Source of the DNA: Thermoplasmatota archaeon
GTDB taxonomy: Archaea > Thermoplasmatota > Thermoplasmata > Thermoplasmatales > Thermoplasmataceae
DNA: 55,022 bases
Direction of reading: 5' to 3'
NCBI GenBank assembly: GCA_023379345.1
Contig: JAMCUV010000104.1
Coordinates: 1-55,022 of the forward strand
The notes under the pieces were generated by a model that was not told where the DNA came from, searched no databases, and saw only the letters and a program-made list of their open reading frames with translations. Positions 29,520 through 37,755 of the stretch are shown piece by piece (the stretch's first letter is position 1; the number at the start of each line of letters is the position of its first letter). The position numbers and the translations under genes were made by a program.

Positions 29520-29761
29520 TCGCCTGCCGTTTTGATGCGATAATTTTGAATGATCTTGTTGACCAGCAACTTTTCGGCAATATTCCTGGCGATTTTCTCG
29601 GCCTCTTCCCTGCTTCCGGATATATCGAGCATATAGGTCTTCCTGATAGAGACCTGTTTCACTCTGTCGTATCCCAGTATAAGCAGGTTCTTTCCAATGT
29701 TCAGCGCTTCTGGATCCTCAACTCCGGGGAGATATTCAATCTCTACCCCTATCCTGACCAT
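29516..29761 (-). CDS. purS: Phosphoribosylformylglycinamidine synthase subunit PurS
   Basis: 81 aa, overlaps the purL start by 4 nt, and has PurS-like sequence (DPEALNIGKNL...). Confidence 0.85.
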   Translation of the reverse strand: MVRIGVEIEYLPGVEDPEALNIGKNLLILGYDRVKQVSIRKTYMLDISGSREEAEKIARNIAEKLLVNKIIQNYRIKTAGE

Positions 29762-29783
29762 GGACGTGGAATTCTATGCCGTT

Positions 29784-30497
29784 CTAAATTTTATCGTCTC
29801 TGCTGCTATGTCTGACTGCCTGGATTATCGGCTCAAGAACCGGTCTTACTTCAGCGGATTTCTCGGCAATGGTTCCCGTGACGATGATGTTGGCTCCAGC
29901 CTTTGCAGCACGCGATGCGGCACAAGGATCCCGGATGCCGCCCCCCACGATAAGCGGTACTTTCAGGACTGCCTTTACTGCCGAGATCATGTCAGGCGGG
30001 ACAGGGCTTGTGGCTCCGCTCCCTGCTTCCAGATATATCAGCCTCATTCCAAAAAACTGTCCTGCAAGGGAGTAATCCTGTGCAGATTTGAGATCCTCGC
30101 TGCGGATGAGATCTGCCTCTCCCACCCTGCCAACAGTCATTCCGGGCTCAACGACGATATAGCCCATGGGAATTGTCTCAAGTCCCATTCCCAAAAGGTA
30201 GCGGGAAGCCCTCGCCTGCTGCCTGATTATGAAATCAGGGTTCCTTGAGTTGAGCAGGGACATGAAGTAGATTGCATCGGCCTTGCCGCTCACCATGGAG
30301 CTGGAGCCGGGAAAAATGATGATCCTGCGGGAACATGAAGCCTTTATTTGGTCAATGGTTCTGTCCATCATGCCCTGGTCTATATTCGTGGAACCCCCGA
30401 CCATTATGAAATCGGTGCCCGCTTCCTCTGCCTCCCCGGAAATTTCTCCGGCTCTTGCCGGATCCTGGGAAGCGGGATCAATGAGGGTCATATGCAC
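29784..30497 (-). CDS. Geranylgeranylglyceryl phosphate synthase (PcrB/GGGPS family)
   Basis: 237-aa TIM-barrel protein with IMVGGS and IVGGGIR motifs. Confidence 0.85.
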   Translation of the reverse strand: MHMTLIDPASQDPARAGEISGEAEEAGTDFIMVGGSTNIDQGMMDRTIDQIKASCSRRIIIFPGSSSMVSGKADAIYFMSLLNSRNPDFIIRQQARASRYLLGMGLETIPMGYIVVEPGMTVGRVGEADLIRSEDLKSAQDYSLAGQFFGMRLIYLEAGSGATSPVPPDMISAVKAVLKVPLIVGGGIRDPCAASRAAKAGANIIVTGTIAEKSAEVRPVLEPIIQAVRHSSRDDKI

Positions 30498-30538
30498 CTT
30501 TCTTCTTCGTGAAAGCCCTCTTATCTCAGAATATACGC

Positions 30539-31357
30539 TCAGAAAAGACCACCTATTGCAAAGGACGCAAGCCCGAATATCATGGCAAGTTTTGAAACAT
30601 TCTGGCTCCTGGACACGTTGCCTGGCATGAGGAGCAGAGATGCTATGAATGTAGCATCTGCTACCAGCACGGCAATCAGGTACTCAATCCCAAAAATGGA
30701 GAGCAGATAGGGGACCAAGGAGACTGCAATTGCGCTCAGCACTGAAACTGATGCGACAATCCGGGCACTTTTCAACCCATGGGACTTGGGAAACGTCATC
30801 CTGTCCACGTCTCCTTCCATATCCTCGATATCCTTTATCACCTCTCTTGAGAGATTTGCCAGGACAGCCATGAAAAAGAGCAGTACCATCCTGGAAACGG
30901 AGTTGACTGATATGCCCCCAAAAATAAAGATCAGCCCAACGAGGACGCTTACGCTCAAGTTGCCTGTGAGACCCAGGTGTTTGGTCCTGATTTCATAGAG
31001 CAGTAGAACTATCTCTGCTGCGGCGACTACGGCAAGTGAAATGAAGCTAATGAAAATGAAAGAAAGGATCGGAGAGACGAGAAAAAGCAGAATACCTGCA
31101 GCGAGCGCATTCTCCTTTTTTATTTCCCCTTTTGGCAATGGTCTCTGGGGATGGTTCATCCGATCTGTTTCAATGTCCAGATAATCATTGAAAATGTTCC
31201 CTCCCGAGGTGACCATGAACACGATCGCAGAACCGATGCTCACGGGCACAAGATATGCTGATATGCCAAATCCTACGGCAATGAAGGCCGATATCCAGGT
31301 GGCCGCTATGCCCATGACGCCGTTGACGGGCCTGAGTATGGCTATCCACCTGTTCAT
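30539..31357 (-). CDS. Digeranylgeranylglyceryl phosphate synthase (UbiA prenyltransferase)
   Basis: 272 aa and polytopic, with NDYLDIETDRMNHPQRPLP and a second DxxxD-like motif. Adjacent to GGGPS. Confidence 0.85.
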   Translation of the reverse strand: MNRWIAILRPVNGVMGIAATWISAFIAVGFGISAYLVPVSIGSAIVFMVTSGGNIFNDYLDIETDRMNHPQRPLPKGEIKKENALAAGILLFLVSPILSFIFISFISLAVVAAAEIVLLLYEIRTKHLGLTGNLSVSVLVGLIFIFGGISVNSVSRMVLLFFMAVLANLSREVIKDIEDMEGDVDRMTFPKSHGLKSARIVASVSVLSAIAVSLVPYLLSIFGIEYLIAVLVADATFIASLLLMPGNVSRSQNVSKLAMIFGLASFAIGGLF

Positions 31358-31428
31358 GGCGGGTCATTGTACATACTGTTAATTAAATTTCTTGGCCTGA
31401 ATCTCTATTACTGATCTGTCTGAATATA

Positions 31429-32481
31429 TCAACTATGCATGGGAATCAGGCTCTGAACGGTCTTCCTTGTTTCGCCGGGATCAGAGGTTTTTATCCCGGT
31501 GCCAGAAAATTGCGTCCTTCCGCACCTGATGCCTGATTCTGTCAGAAGCTTTATTATCTTATTTATCTGTGGCATGTCGCCTTTCCTCCAGGATGCTTCA
31601 AGCGCAGAATCTATGAAGAAGACTTCCAGGTTGTCGCTTGAAAATGACTCCAGATACCTGTCAGCAATGCTTATCCACGGCGGTATTTTCAACATATGGG
31701 CTATATCCTGCTGATGCAGATTGCCAAGCCATAGGGGGCCTTCGCGTGTGCTTGGGAGATCCGGAGACACAATTTCATGTTTATCAACGGTTGAAATACT
31801 GGAAATAAGACGATCCGCAAGCGCTGCACCTGTCCTGAGCCTGAAGAATAGCCTGTAGTAGTGGGAGTTCCAAACCGAGAGCACGGGGACCGCGGCGATG
31901 TCCATTGCTGCAGCGTGCCTTATTACAGCGGATATCAGGAGACGGACGCCAGTTTCATGCTTGAAGTTATCGCAGATTATCCTCGCGCCATATCTCCTGT
32001 AAGTCTTGGATGGGCTGGACCCTGTCAGGCCTGTAAGATCCGTGGCAGTGATCCCTAGCATGCCGCCGTTTTTTACACTCTTGATTCCATCATACAGGAA
32101 AGAAATTGGGCTGCCATATGGGTCAATATCCACATAGTCGAAACGCCTGCTGGCGGCGATCTCCTCGAACCTGCCGTGGATAATTTCCACGTCGGCATCA
32201 TTGAGCTTTGCATTTTCCTTTATTATGCTCAGAGAACGCTCGTCAGGCTCGGCTATGGTGACTCCAAGGCCGAGCTCTTTCGCAATGCGTATGCCTCTTA
32301 TTCCAGTGCCGCCGAAACCGTCCAGCACCTTCTGGGGAAGGAACGTGTTCAGCACTGCAATGGTGATGTTTCTGTTGGTCTCCTGTGACCTATTGAAAAA
32401 ACCTGGTGACTTTTTTCCTGGACCTGTTCCACCCTGATCCAGGCCAGCTCTTATTCTTACCTTTCCCTCAGTGAAGATCAA
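31429..32481 (-). CDS. trm1: tRNA (guanine26-N2)-dimethyltransferase Trm1
   Basis: 350 aa with FFNRSQETNRNITIAVL, LDGFGGTGIRGIR and DIDPYGSP motifs. Confidence 0.9.
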   Translation of the reverse strand: MIFTEGKVRIRAGLDQGGTGPGKKSPGFFNRSQETNRNITIAVLNTFLPQKVLDGFGGTGIRGIRIAKELGLGVTIAEPDERSLSIIKENAKLNDADVEIIHGRFEEIAASRRFDYVDIDPYGSPISFLYDGIKSVKNGGMLGITATDLTGLTGSSPSKTYRRYGARIICDNFKHETGVRLLISAVIRHAAAMDIAAVPVLSVWNSHYYRLFFRLRTGAALADRLISSISTVDKHEIVSPDLPSTREGPLWLGNLHQQDIAHMLKIPPWISIADRYLESFSSDNLEVFFIDSALEASWRKGDMPQINKIIKLLTESGIRCGRTQFSGTGIKTSDPGETRKTVQSLIPMHS

Positions 32482-33023
32482 ACGATTCCTTCTTCCCCCT
32501 TAAGGACTTTGATGACCTTGAAGGGAAGGATGTTTCTATTAATGGGAGTCAGGTCAAAGACCCTGACGCCTTCCAGGCTCTTTATTTCCTGCAGTACCGG
32601 ATTCCTCGATTTCTTGTGCAGTGTCACTATGAGGGGCTTATCGGAGTTCAATGTGAGATCGATCTCCTTCTGGACAATCTTTGTGGTATTCTCAAGTTTG
32701 CCTATTTCATCTATCACGATGTAATCTGCAACTTCACGGGCCTTGACAAGGCTTGGCGCCACAAATTCTTCGAGTATCCTGGTATCCACCCCGATCTTGT
32801 CAATCTTTATTCTTGATATGATGGAACTGTCCGCGAATTTAATTTTCTTCTTGGTGTTGAGATCATATAACGTGTAACCCGTAATCTTGCTGTTTGTGTA
32901 AAGTTCACCCATCAGAAGGCCGTGAATAACTGCGCCCTCGTTTTCCAGCATCTCAATAATCTTTTTGACCACTTCGGACTTGATAGACCCAACTGGCCCA
33001 GTTATTCCTACCTTGACCGCCAT
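32478..33023 (-). CDS. THEP1-like NTPase with atypical Walker A
   Basis: 181 aa whose layout matches archaeal THEP1. Walker B (IVIDEIGKLE) is intact, but the P-loop reads GPVGSIKS rather than GxPGVGKT. Confidence 0.6.
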   Translation of the reverse strand: MAVKVGITGPVGSIKSEVVKKIIEMLENEGAVIHGLLMGELYTNSKITGYTLYDLNTKKKIKFADSSIISRIKIDKIGVDTRILEEFVAPSLVKAREVADYIVIDEIGKLENTTKIVQKEIDLTLNSDKPLIVTLHKKSRNPVLQEIKSLEGVRVFDLTPINRNILPFKVIKVLKGEEGIV

Positions 33024-33395
33024 TCAGCTTCCTCCAATATACATAAGAGGATAATCCATTTCATCAACATATTTCAGGTAGGCATCCACAGATTCTGCAC
33101 CATATCTAATGCGGATGTGTACCCTGAGCATGTCTCCAGAGAGTGTTATATACTTATAAATGCCCTGCCTCTTTTTGACTATGTCCGGATCAATCCTGAC
33201 CTCGGCATCCTCAACAAAAGGCTGGACTTTCACGCTTTCCTTGATGGCATTTTCCAGGGACGTGACATTGCTCAGGTTGACTGGAACCCCTACGTACTGG
33301 TGATATACCGTTCCCAGTTTGATTCCTGCTTCAAATATTGCCCTTTCTCTGTCAGTGCATCGGAAAAAGTGCTTAGCGGGGTCCTGCATTTTCAT
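33024..33395 (-). CDS. MptD-like dihydroneopterin aldolase family protein
   Basis: TDRERAIFEAGIKLGTVYHQYVG matches the archaeal MptD/COG2098 signature. Start moved to an internal Met that is preceded by a TATA-like TTTATCTATAA. The long N-terminal ORF extension was judged spurious. Confidence 0.6.
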   Translation of the reverse strand: MKMQDPAKHFFRCTDRERAIFEAGIKLGTVYHQYVGVPVNLSNVTSLENAIKESVKVQPFVEDAEVRIDPDIVKKRQGIYKYITLSGDMLRVHIRIRYGAESVDAYLKYVDEMDYPLMYIGGS

Positions 33396-33468
33396 ACTGA
33401 ATTGCAGCATTATAGATAAATATTTACTGATAAAATTAATTGGAACGTCTGTCTTGCGAGACTGGATC

Positions 33469-33708
33469 TTAAGGTGAAACCCGCTCTTGAAATAATGGCC
33501 TTCCGATTTCAGTGAGCGCGTTAGCGTTGGTAGATCTCTGTTCTCCACGAGCGTATCTTGTGGCGTTTCCCTCCCTGACACAGTCCTGCATTGTGGATAT
33601 TATTGCGGCTTTGATCTCTCTGTCTATGGTCAGGCTCCAGAGGCACATCCTGTCCGTTAATCCCGGCTCATGTGTTATGTTTCCGCATGCTGAGCATCTT
33701 CCGGACAT
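33469..33708 (-). CDS. Hypothetical 79-aa ORF (coding status doubtful)
   Basis: ATG-initiated ORF with a single CxxC and no recognisable family. It overlaps another long frame and lies in a region with RNA-like features. Confidence 0.25.
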   Translation of the reverse strand: MSGRCSACGNITHEPGLTDRMCLWSLTIDREIKAAIISTMQDCVREGNATRYARGEQRSTNANALTEIGRPLFQERVSP

Positions 33709-33821
33709 GTTCTTGGGGCGGGTCGGTATTACAACCGCACCTGCGTTTACAGTGACGATTAACGTTCTCCTGTATCTTTAGCACCGGTCAGGGTGACAGT
33801 CCGTGGAATGAACCAATGTAC

Positions 33822-33895
33822 GGGAACGGGTATAACCATCTGGCATGCCAATGGATGCATCCTGTGCGTGTTCGATAAGCAGTTTGTCCCGTCCC
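33822..33895. other. Structured element: stem enclosing two adjacent perfect 10-bp palindromes
   Basis: GGGAACGGG (33822-33830) pairs with CCCGTCCC (33888-33895) with a 1-nt bulge. Inside are TGGCATGCCA (33841-33850) and GGATGCATCC (33853-33862). No convincing ORF covers the element. Confidence 0.35.
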
Positions 33896-34013
33896 GCCAT
33901 GAAATGGGTGGGGGGTTTCCCGCTCACAAGTGCTAAGTACCCTTCGCTCCAGACATCGCCTCAGTGCAGACACCAAAACTGTTAATTATAGTGTATCTAT
34001 GGCACTCCGTAAA

Positions 34014-34304
34014 ATGGAGCGGAGGGAGACGCCGGAAAGGCAGATCGAGGAGTCAAAAACTTCAACCAGGCCCAGGCTTACAAGCATGATCCCACTTCCA
34101 AAGATCACGGTAAGGAACATATACAGGTTTTTCGGGCTGTTTCTGGTGGTACTTGGTCTATCATTCTACGTTGGATGGTCCATAATTTATGGGACGTGGA
34201 CAGACATAGGCCTGTATTCCTTTGTTGCGCCCGTAGTTGTATTTGGCCTCTTGACTCTTCTCCTGATGCACGAGAAGGACATTGAAGAAGAACGCTCTTC
34301 ATGA
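34014..34304 (+). CDS. Small two-TM membrane protein
   Basis: A charged N-terminus is followed by two hydrophobic helices (FFGLFLVVLGLSFYVGW, LYSFVAPVVVFGLLTLLLM). A TTAATTATAG TATA-like box lies about 27 nt upstream of the ATG at 34014. The start is uncertain. Confidence 0.5.
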   Translation: MERRETPERQIEESKTSTRPRLTSMIPLPKITVRNIYRFFGLFLVVLGLSFYVGWSIIYGTWTDIGLYSFVAPVVVFGLLTLLLMHEKDIEEERSS

Positions 34305-35687
34305 ATGACCGATCAGTTCAGCTTCCCTTGTGGTACAGATAATCCTCAATCTTCGTAGCATGCCGTCTCGGTAGAAATAACACTCGGAGTATGGATCTCT
34401 TTTCCCTCCTGGCAGGAGGTCTGTCCGCATCTCGCCAAATCTGCTGGAGGTTAGGAAGCTTATTCCGTTCCTCTGCCTGTCTTTGTTCCTGAAAATGAAG
34501 TTCATACTGCTGTTTGAAAGCATGGATTTTCCCTCTGACGTTCCCGTGAAATCTTCCAGGTTCTGACTTATGCTTATCACTGAAGCATTGTAGTGACGTG
34601 AACTCCTGTAGATTGCGTCCAGGTAGCTGGTTGTCCGGGCGGATTTGAAGTATGTATGTGCCTCGTCTATGAGAATGATCTTCCTCGCTCCATTACCTGA
34701 CCTGAGAAACCTGTTTGTGATATCAATGGTTGCCTCAAGCAGGTCCGACCTTCGCTCCATTTCGTCAGGAGACTGCCTGATTATGTTCAATCTGCTGAAC
34801 GAAGCCTTGTCTATGATCTTCCCGTTTGCGGAAATCAGGTCTTCCTCTCCTATGACTGTGGAGGATTGAGAAAACAGTCCCGATCCATATTCTCCCATCG
34901 GGTCTATGACCAGAACGCTTTCTGCCATACCTGTCAGAAGCGCTCGCATCAGCAGTAGTTTTGAGAAGAATGATTTTCCGCTGCCTGTCTCTCCAACCAC
35001 AACCGAGTTGTAGGAATTCCCTCCAAACGGGTCGGCGAATACCGGCTTCTCGCTTTCTGCATCTATCCCCAGCAGTAGACCGCTCCTGGGTGGATTACTC
35101 TCATAGTACAGGGGGATTATGGAGGATACGGATCTGCTGTCCATGATGTATCTTGAACCATGGCTACCAAGGGGGTTGACGAGCTTTCCGACCCTGCGCC
35201 TTGAAATCACAGGTTCGTGTGTCAGGTCAAAACCAAGCAGGGACATTGCACGGGCGAACCTCCGGAGGTTTCCATTGAGATCTGCGGGGTGAGATCCTGA
35301 AACAACAAATGTCATCGACACCTGAAAGAGTGCGTCGCCATCCCGTGTGACCCTCATGCTGAGAAGCTCGAGTGAACGCAGCTGGATTTCCAGCTTATTT
35401 TTCAGTGGTCTGTTGCTTTCCGAGGTCAGGCGCTGATCCGAAATCCTGTCCGCGCCAATTCTCTTGAGTATGGATCTAGCCTTCACGTCAGGATATCTTT
35501 TCATCACCACCCTAGTGTATACTGGAAAACTTAGCCCGTCGATGAGTTCATAGATCATCTTGATACGGTTTTCTGCCACGTTATTCAGCGAGAGAAATGC
35601 ATAATGCTTCTTTCCCGATAGATAGTACCGCCTGACGTGAAAGACAGTGGAACGTTCCCTTCCGTGATCCCCGTGCAAATGATCCAT
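34299..35687 (-). CDS. VirB4/TrbE/CedB-like T4SS ATPase
   Basis: Walker A VVVGETGSGKSF, Walker B KIILIDEAHTYF, a downstream RHYNASVISISQNLEDF motif and a C-terminal NFIFRN motif, plus an N-terminal VirB4-like domain. Start set at the ATG at 35687, 4 nt after the upstream stop. Confidence 0.8.
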   Translation of the reverse strand: MDHLHGDHGRERSTVFHVRRYYLSGKKHYAFLSLNNVAENRIKMIYELIDGLSFPVYTRVVMKRYPDVKARSILKRIGADRISDQRLTSESNRPLKNKLEIQLRSLELLSMRVTRDGDALFQVSMTFVVSGSHPADLNGNLRRFARAMSLLGFDLTHEPVISRRRVGKLVNPLGSHGSRYIMDSRSVSSIIPLYYESNPPRSGLLLGIDAESEKPVFADPFGGNSYNSVVVGETGSGKSFFSKLLLMRALLTGMAESVLVIDPMGEYGSGLFSQSSTVIGEEDLISANGKIIDKASFSRLNIIRQSPDEMERRSDLLEATIDITNRFLRSGNGARKIILIDEAHTYFKSARTTSYLDAIYRSSRHYNASVISISQNLEDFTGTSEGKSMLSNSSMNFIFRNKDRQRNGISFLTSSRFGEMRTDLLPGGKRDPYSECYFYRDGMLRRLRIICTTREAELIGHS

Positions 35688-35691
35688 TGTT

Positions 35692-36402
35692 TCACTCCAG
35701 GAAACTGAGGCACTCCAGAGTCTCCTCTTCTCCCGGATCCCTGCAGGCAAAGCCATAGCTCTCCAGGTAGCGTCTGACACCTGCGGTCTCGTTTTCCAGG
35801 GTGGTCTGATTCACCTCATGTCCGGTAAGTATCACGTATGCCGACTGATAAAAACTGCCTCTGCATGCGTGTGCTACAAGATTCTCATAATCCTCCAGCT
35901 GATTGATATTCCCACCACCCGAAAACGCAGGTAGAGGAACTCTGCTTGAGTCCACCGGGATGCTAAGAAAGATCGCATCTGTACCCATGGAATTGAACGT
36001 TTTCTCCATCAGTGTAATGGCTGAGGCCCTCTCTGAGTCTCCAAGCCTCAAAATGGATCTCTGAGCAATGCCTGTGATGGAAAGCAATCTTCCATGGAAG
36101 GCGATTATGCAGTTCCTTGATGTGATTCTTGAATAATGTGTGTGAATCTCGGCTCTCTTTGGGGCGGTGTGATATACGACCGCCCTAAGCACTGCTGAAT
36201 ACAGCGGGGTGTCATCCCTGGAGATCAGGACCAGCGGAAAGACCATCACTGTAAAGAGAATTGCTGCAAAATAGCTAATTTCCATCAGCACCGAGGAGAT
36301 GCACACCGTTAGGACGACCATCACGACCCTCTCATAGGACATCCCAAGTATCCTGCTCCCATAGTCAAGAACGTTTGATGGAAACGGTGTATCTTCTGTC
36401 AC
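35692..36402 (-). CDS. VirB3-like two-TM segment plus soluble VirB4-N-like domain
   Basis: 236 aa. Two N-terminal hydrophobic helices (VVMVVLTVCISSVLMEISYFAAILFTVMVFPLVLI) are followed by a soluble domain. Its position immediately upstream of the ATPase matches T4SS gene order. Confidence 0.55.
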   Translation of the reverse strand: MTEDTPFPSNVLDYGSRILGMSYERVVMVVLTVCISSVLMEISYFAAILFTVMVFPLVLISRDDTPLYSAVLRAVVYHTAPKRAEIHTHYSRITSRNCIIAFHGRLLSITGIAQRSILRLGDSERASAITLMEKTFNSMGTDAIFLSIPVDSSRVPLPAFSGGGNINQLEDYENLVAHACRGSFYQSAYVILTGHEVNQTTLENETAGVRRYLESYGFACRDPGEEETLECLSFLE

Positions 36403-36405
36403 GGG

Positions 36406-37368
36406 TTAATCCCCACTCCTGTACGCAAGTTCACTTGCGTACACCTTGCTCCAGTCCAGCGGTGTTTCAGGAGACGTATATGGTCCGCTGAGTCCCTTCA
36501 TTTCATGCGACAATCGGAAACCTGTCAGGCTTGAGAGTGCTGATGTTGCATCCCCGGCCTTGGTCACCGCACTGAAGGCTCCGGAGAAACCTGAAACTCT
36601 TGATGCAACGTTTTCAGCTGAGATTCCCTCAAACATTGAACCCAAGATGGAGGAGTAAAAAATCCTGCTATTGCTCATGAGAATTAACGGAAGAGCGGAA
36701 CTGAGGAACAGAAGAGCCAGCTGCAGGGGAAAATCCCCCTGGAAAAAGCTCATGGCCTCAAGGACTACCAGGACGAAGAATGGGAGGATGGAAAGTTCAG
36801 CAAACATTTTCCACATCGCAACCGCATATTTTTCTGTCTTCTGGAAGGCAAACATGATGGAGAACAGAGGCAGCACCAGTATCATGAAGATCAGGATTGC
36901 CTGGCGGATCTCCAGGGTTCCCAGGAGTGCTATGATAGAGAAGAACAGTGCCGAAAGAAAGAGAAACGTTATGATCGATGAGGCGCTGCCTGCCGGACCC
37001 TGTACCTGGGATCCATAGTCGAGAATGCCCGTAAGGTTGTACCAGTCTGTTCCACTGCCGTTCCATACCACTGAAAATGCGGCAAATGAAGCGGAAAGAA
37101 TCACCCTGCAGATCTGGATCGAAAATAGGGATACTGTGAGCGCAAGCAGGTACCTGATCATCAGGTTCGCCGGGGAAGTGGGACTACCCAGCGAGTTGGA
37201 TACAAGCATGTATATGGAAAGGATGATTATGGCAAGCCCTGCAGCATATACGTATATGCTTGAAGTCAGGAATCCATAGAACTGTAAGATGCCTGTGTTT
37301 CCTTCTATGAGCATCTCATAGGCGTACTTGGGAGCAAGCCCGTAAGTAACCACCACGTTCCAGAGCAA
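36406..37368 (-). CDS. VirB6/TrbL/CedA-like polytopic membrane protein
   Basis: 320 aa from a TTG start, with about 6 TM helices and a soluble tail of about 85 aa. The 81 nt upstream are open and in frame with the preceding gene. Confidence 0.55.
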   Translation of the reverse strand: MLWNVVVTYGLAPKYAYEMLIEGNTGILQFYGFLTSSIYVYAAGLAIIILSIYMLVSNSLGSPTSPANLMIRYLLALTVSLFSIQICRVILSASFAAFSVVWNGSGTDWYNLTGILDYGSQVQGPAGSASSIITFLFLSALFFSIIALLGTLEIRQAILIFMILVLPLFSIMFAFQKTEKYAVAMWKMFAELSILPFFVLVVLEAMSFFQGDFPLQLALLFLSSALPLILMSNSRIFYSSILGSMFEGISAENVASRVSGFSGAFSAVTKAGDATSALSSLTGFRLSHEMKGLSGPYTSPETPLDWSKVYASELAYRSGD

Positions 37369-37449
37369 GGAAGCGGAAGCAATGTAAGCGCCATCGAAGA
37401 AAGAAATAATGTCGCCAATGATGGAGGCGACCTCCGATGCCAGCAGGAT

Positions 37450-37731
37450 TCACGACCCCGTTGCCAGGTAAAGGAATATGGTATAGAGCGTCCCGGACAT
37501 GGCGAGAACATAAATCACTGTGCCTATGAAAGCATTCTTTAGCCTCAGTTTCGCGGAATAGCGCTTGTCCTCGTCGTCGCTGAAGAAATTCAGTGCTATG
37601 GGGATCCAGAGTATGGCTATGAGAATGGCCGATACAGATGCGACAACCTCGTACACCCGATCCATAATCTGGGCGATCTGGGTAGAATTTGCCGAGGTTG
37701 TCATTATTGCAATTAGTGTACTAAATGACAT
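37450..37731 (-). CDS. VirB2/TrbC/CedA1-like two-helix pilin-type protein
   Basis: 93 aa, made of a leader-like N-terminus, a hydrophobic helix, the charged loop SDDEDKRYSAKLRLKN and a second hydrophobic helix. Confidence 0.55.
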   Translation of the reverse strand: MSFSTLIAIMTTSANSTQIAQIMDRVYEVVASVSAILIAILWIPIALNFFSDDEDKRYSAKLRLKNAFIGTVIYVLAMSGTLYTIFLYLATGS

Positions 37732-37755
37732 TTCGGCGAAATAGTATCTGTTTAT

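Noticed and set aside
33785-33965. RNase P RNA, suggested by GAGGCGAUGUCUGG, GGGAAACCCCCCACCC and GGGACAAACUGCUUAUCG on the minus strand, and GGUGACAGUCCGUGG on the plus strand
   Set aside because: The motif look-alikes fall within about 110 nt, far too compressed for P4/CR-I to CR-V spacing. Similar look-alikes occur on both strands, and I could not build P4 pairing. I treat this as chance resemblance pending a covariance-model scan.
33788-33976. 62-aa minus-strand ORF
   Set aside because: Its composition is implausible (rich in R, H, W, C and G), it matches no family, and it coincides with the palindrome-rich structured segment.
35688-35780. Apparent 89-nt overlap between the VirB3-like and VirB4-like ORFs, as a sign of a frameshifted or split VirB4 pseudogene
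   Set aside because: An in-frame ATG at 35687 lies 4 nt after the upstream stop and gives a complete ATPase with its own N-domain. The overlap is just an ORF-finder extension.
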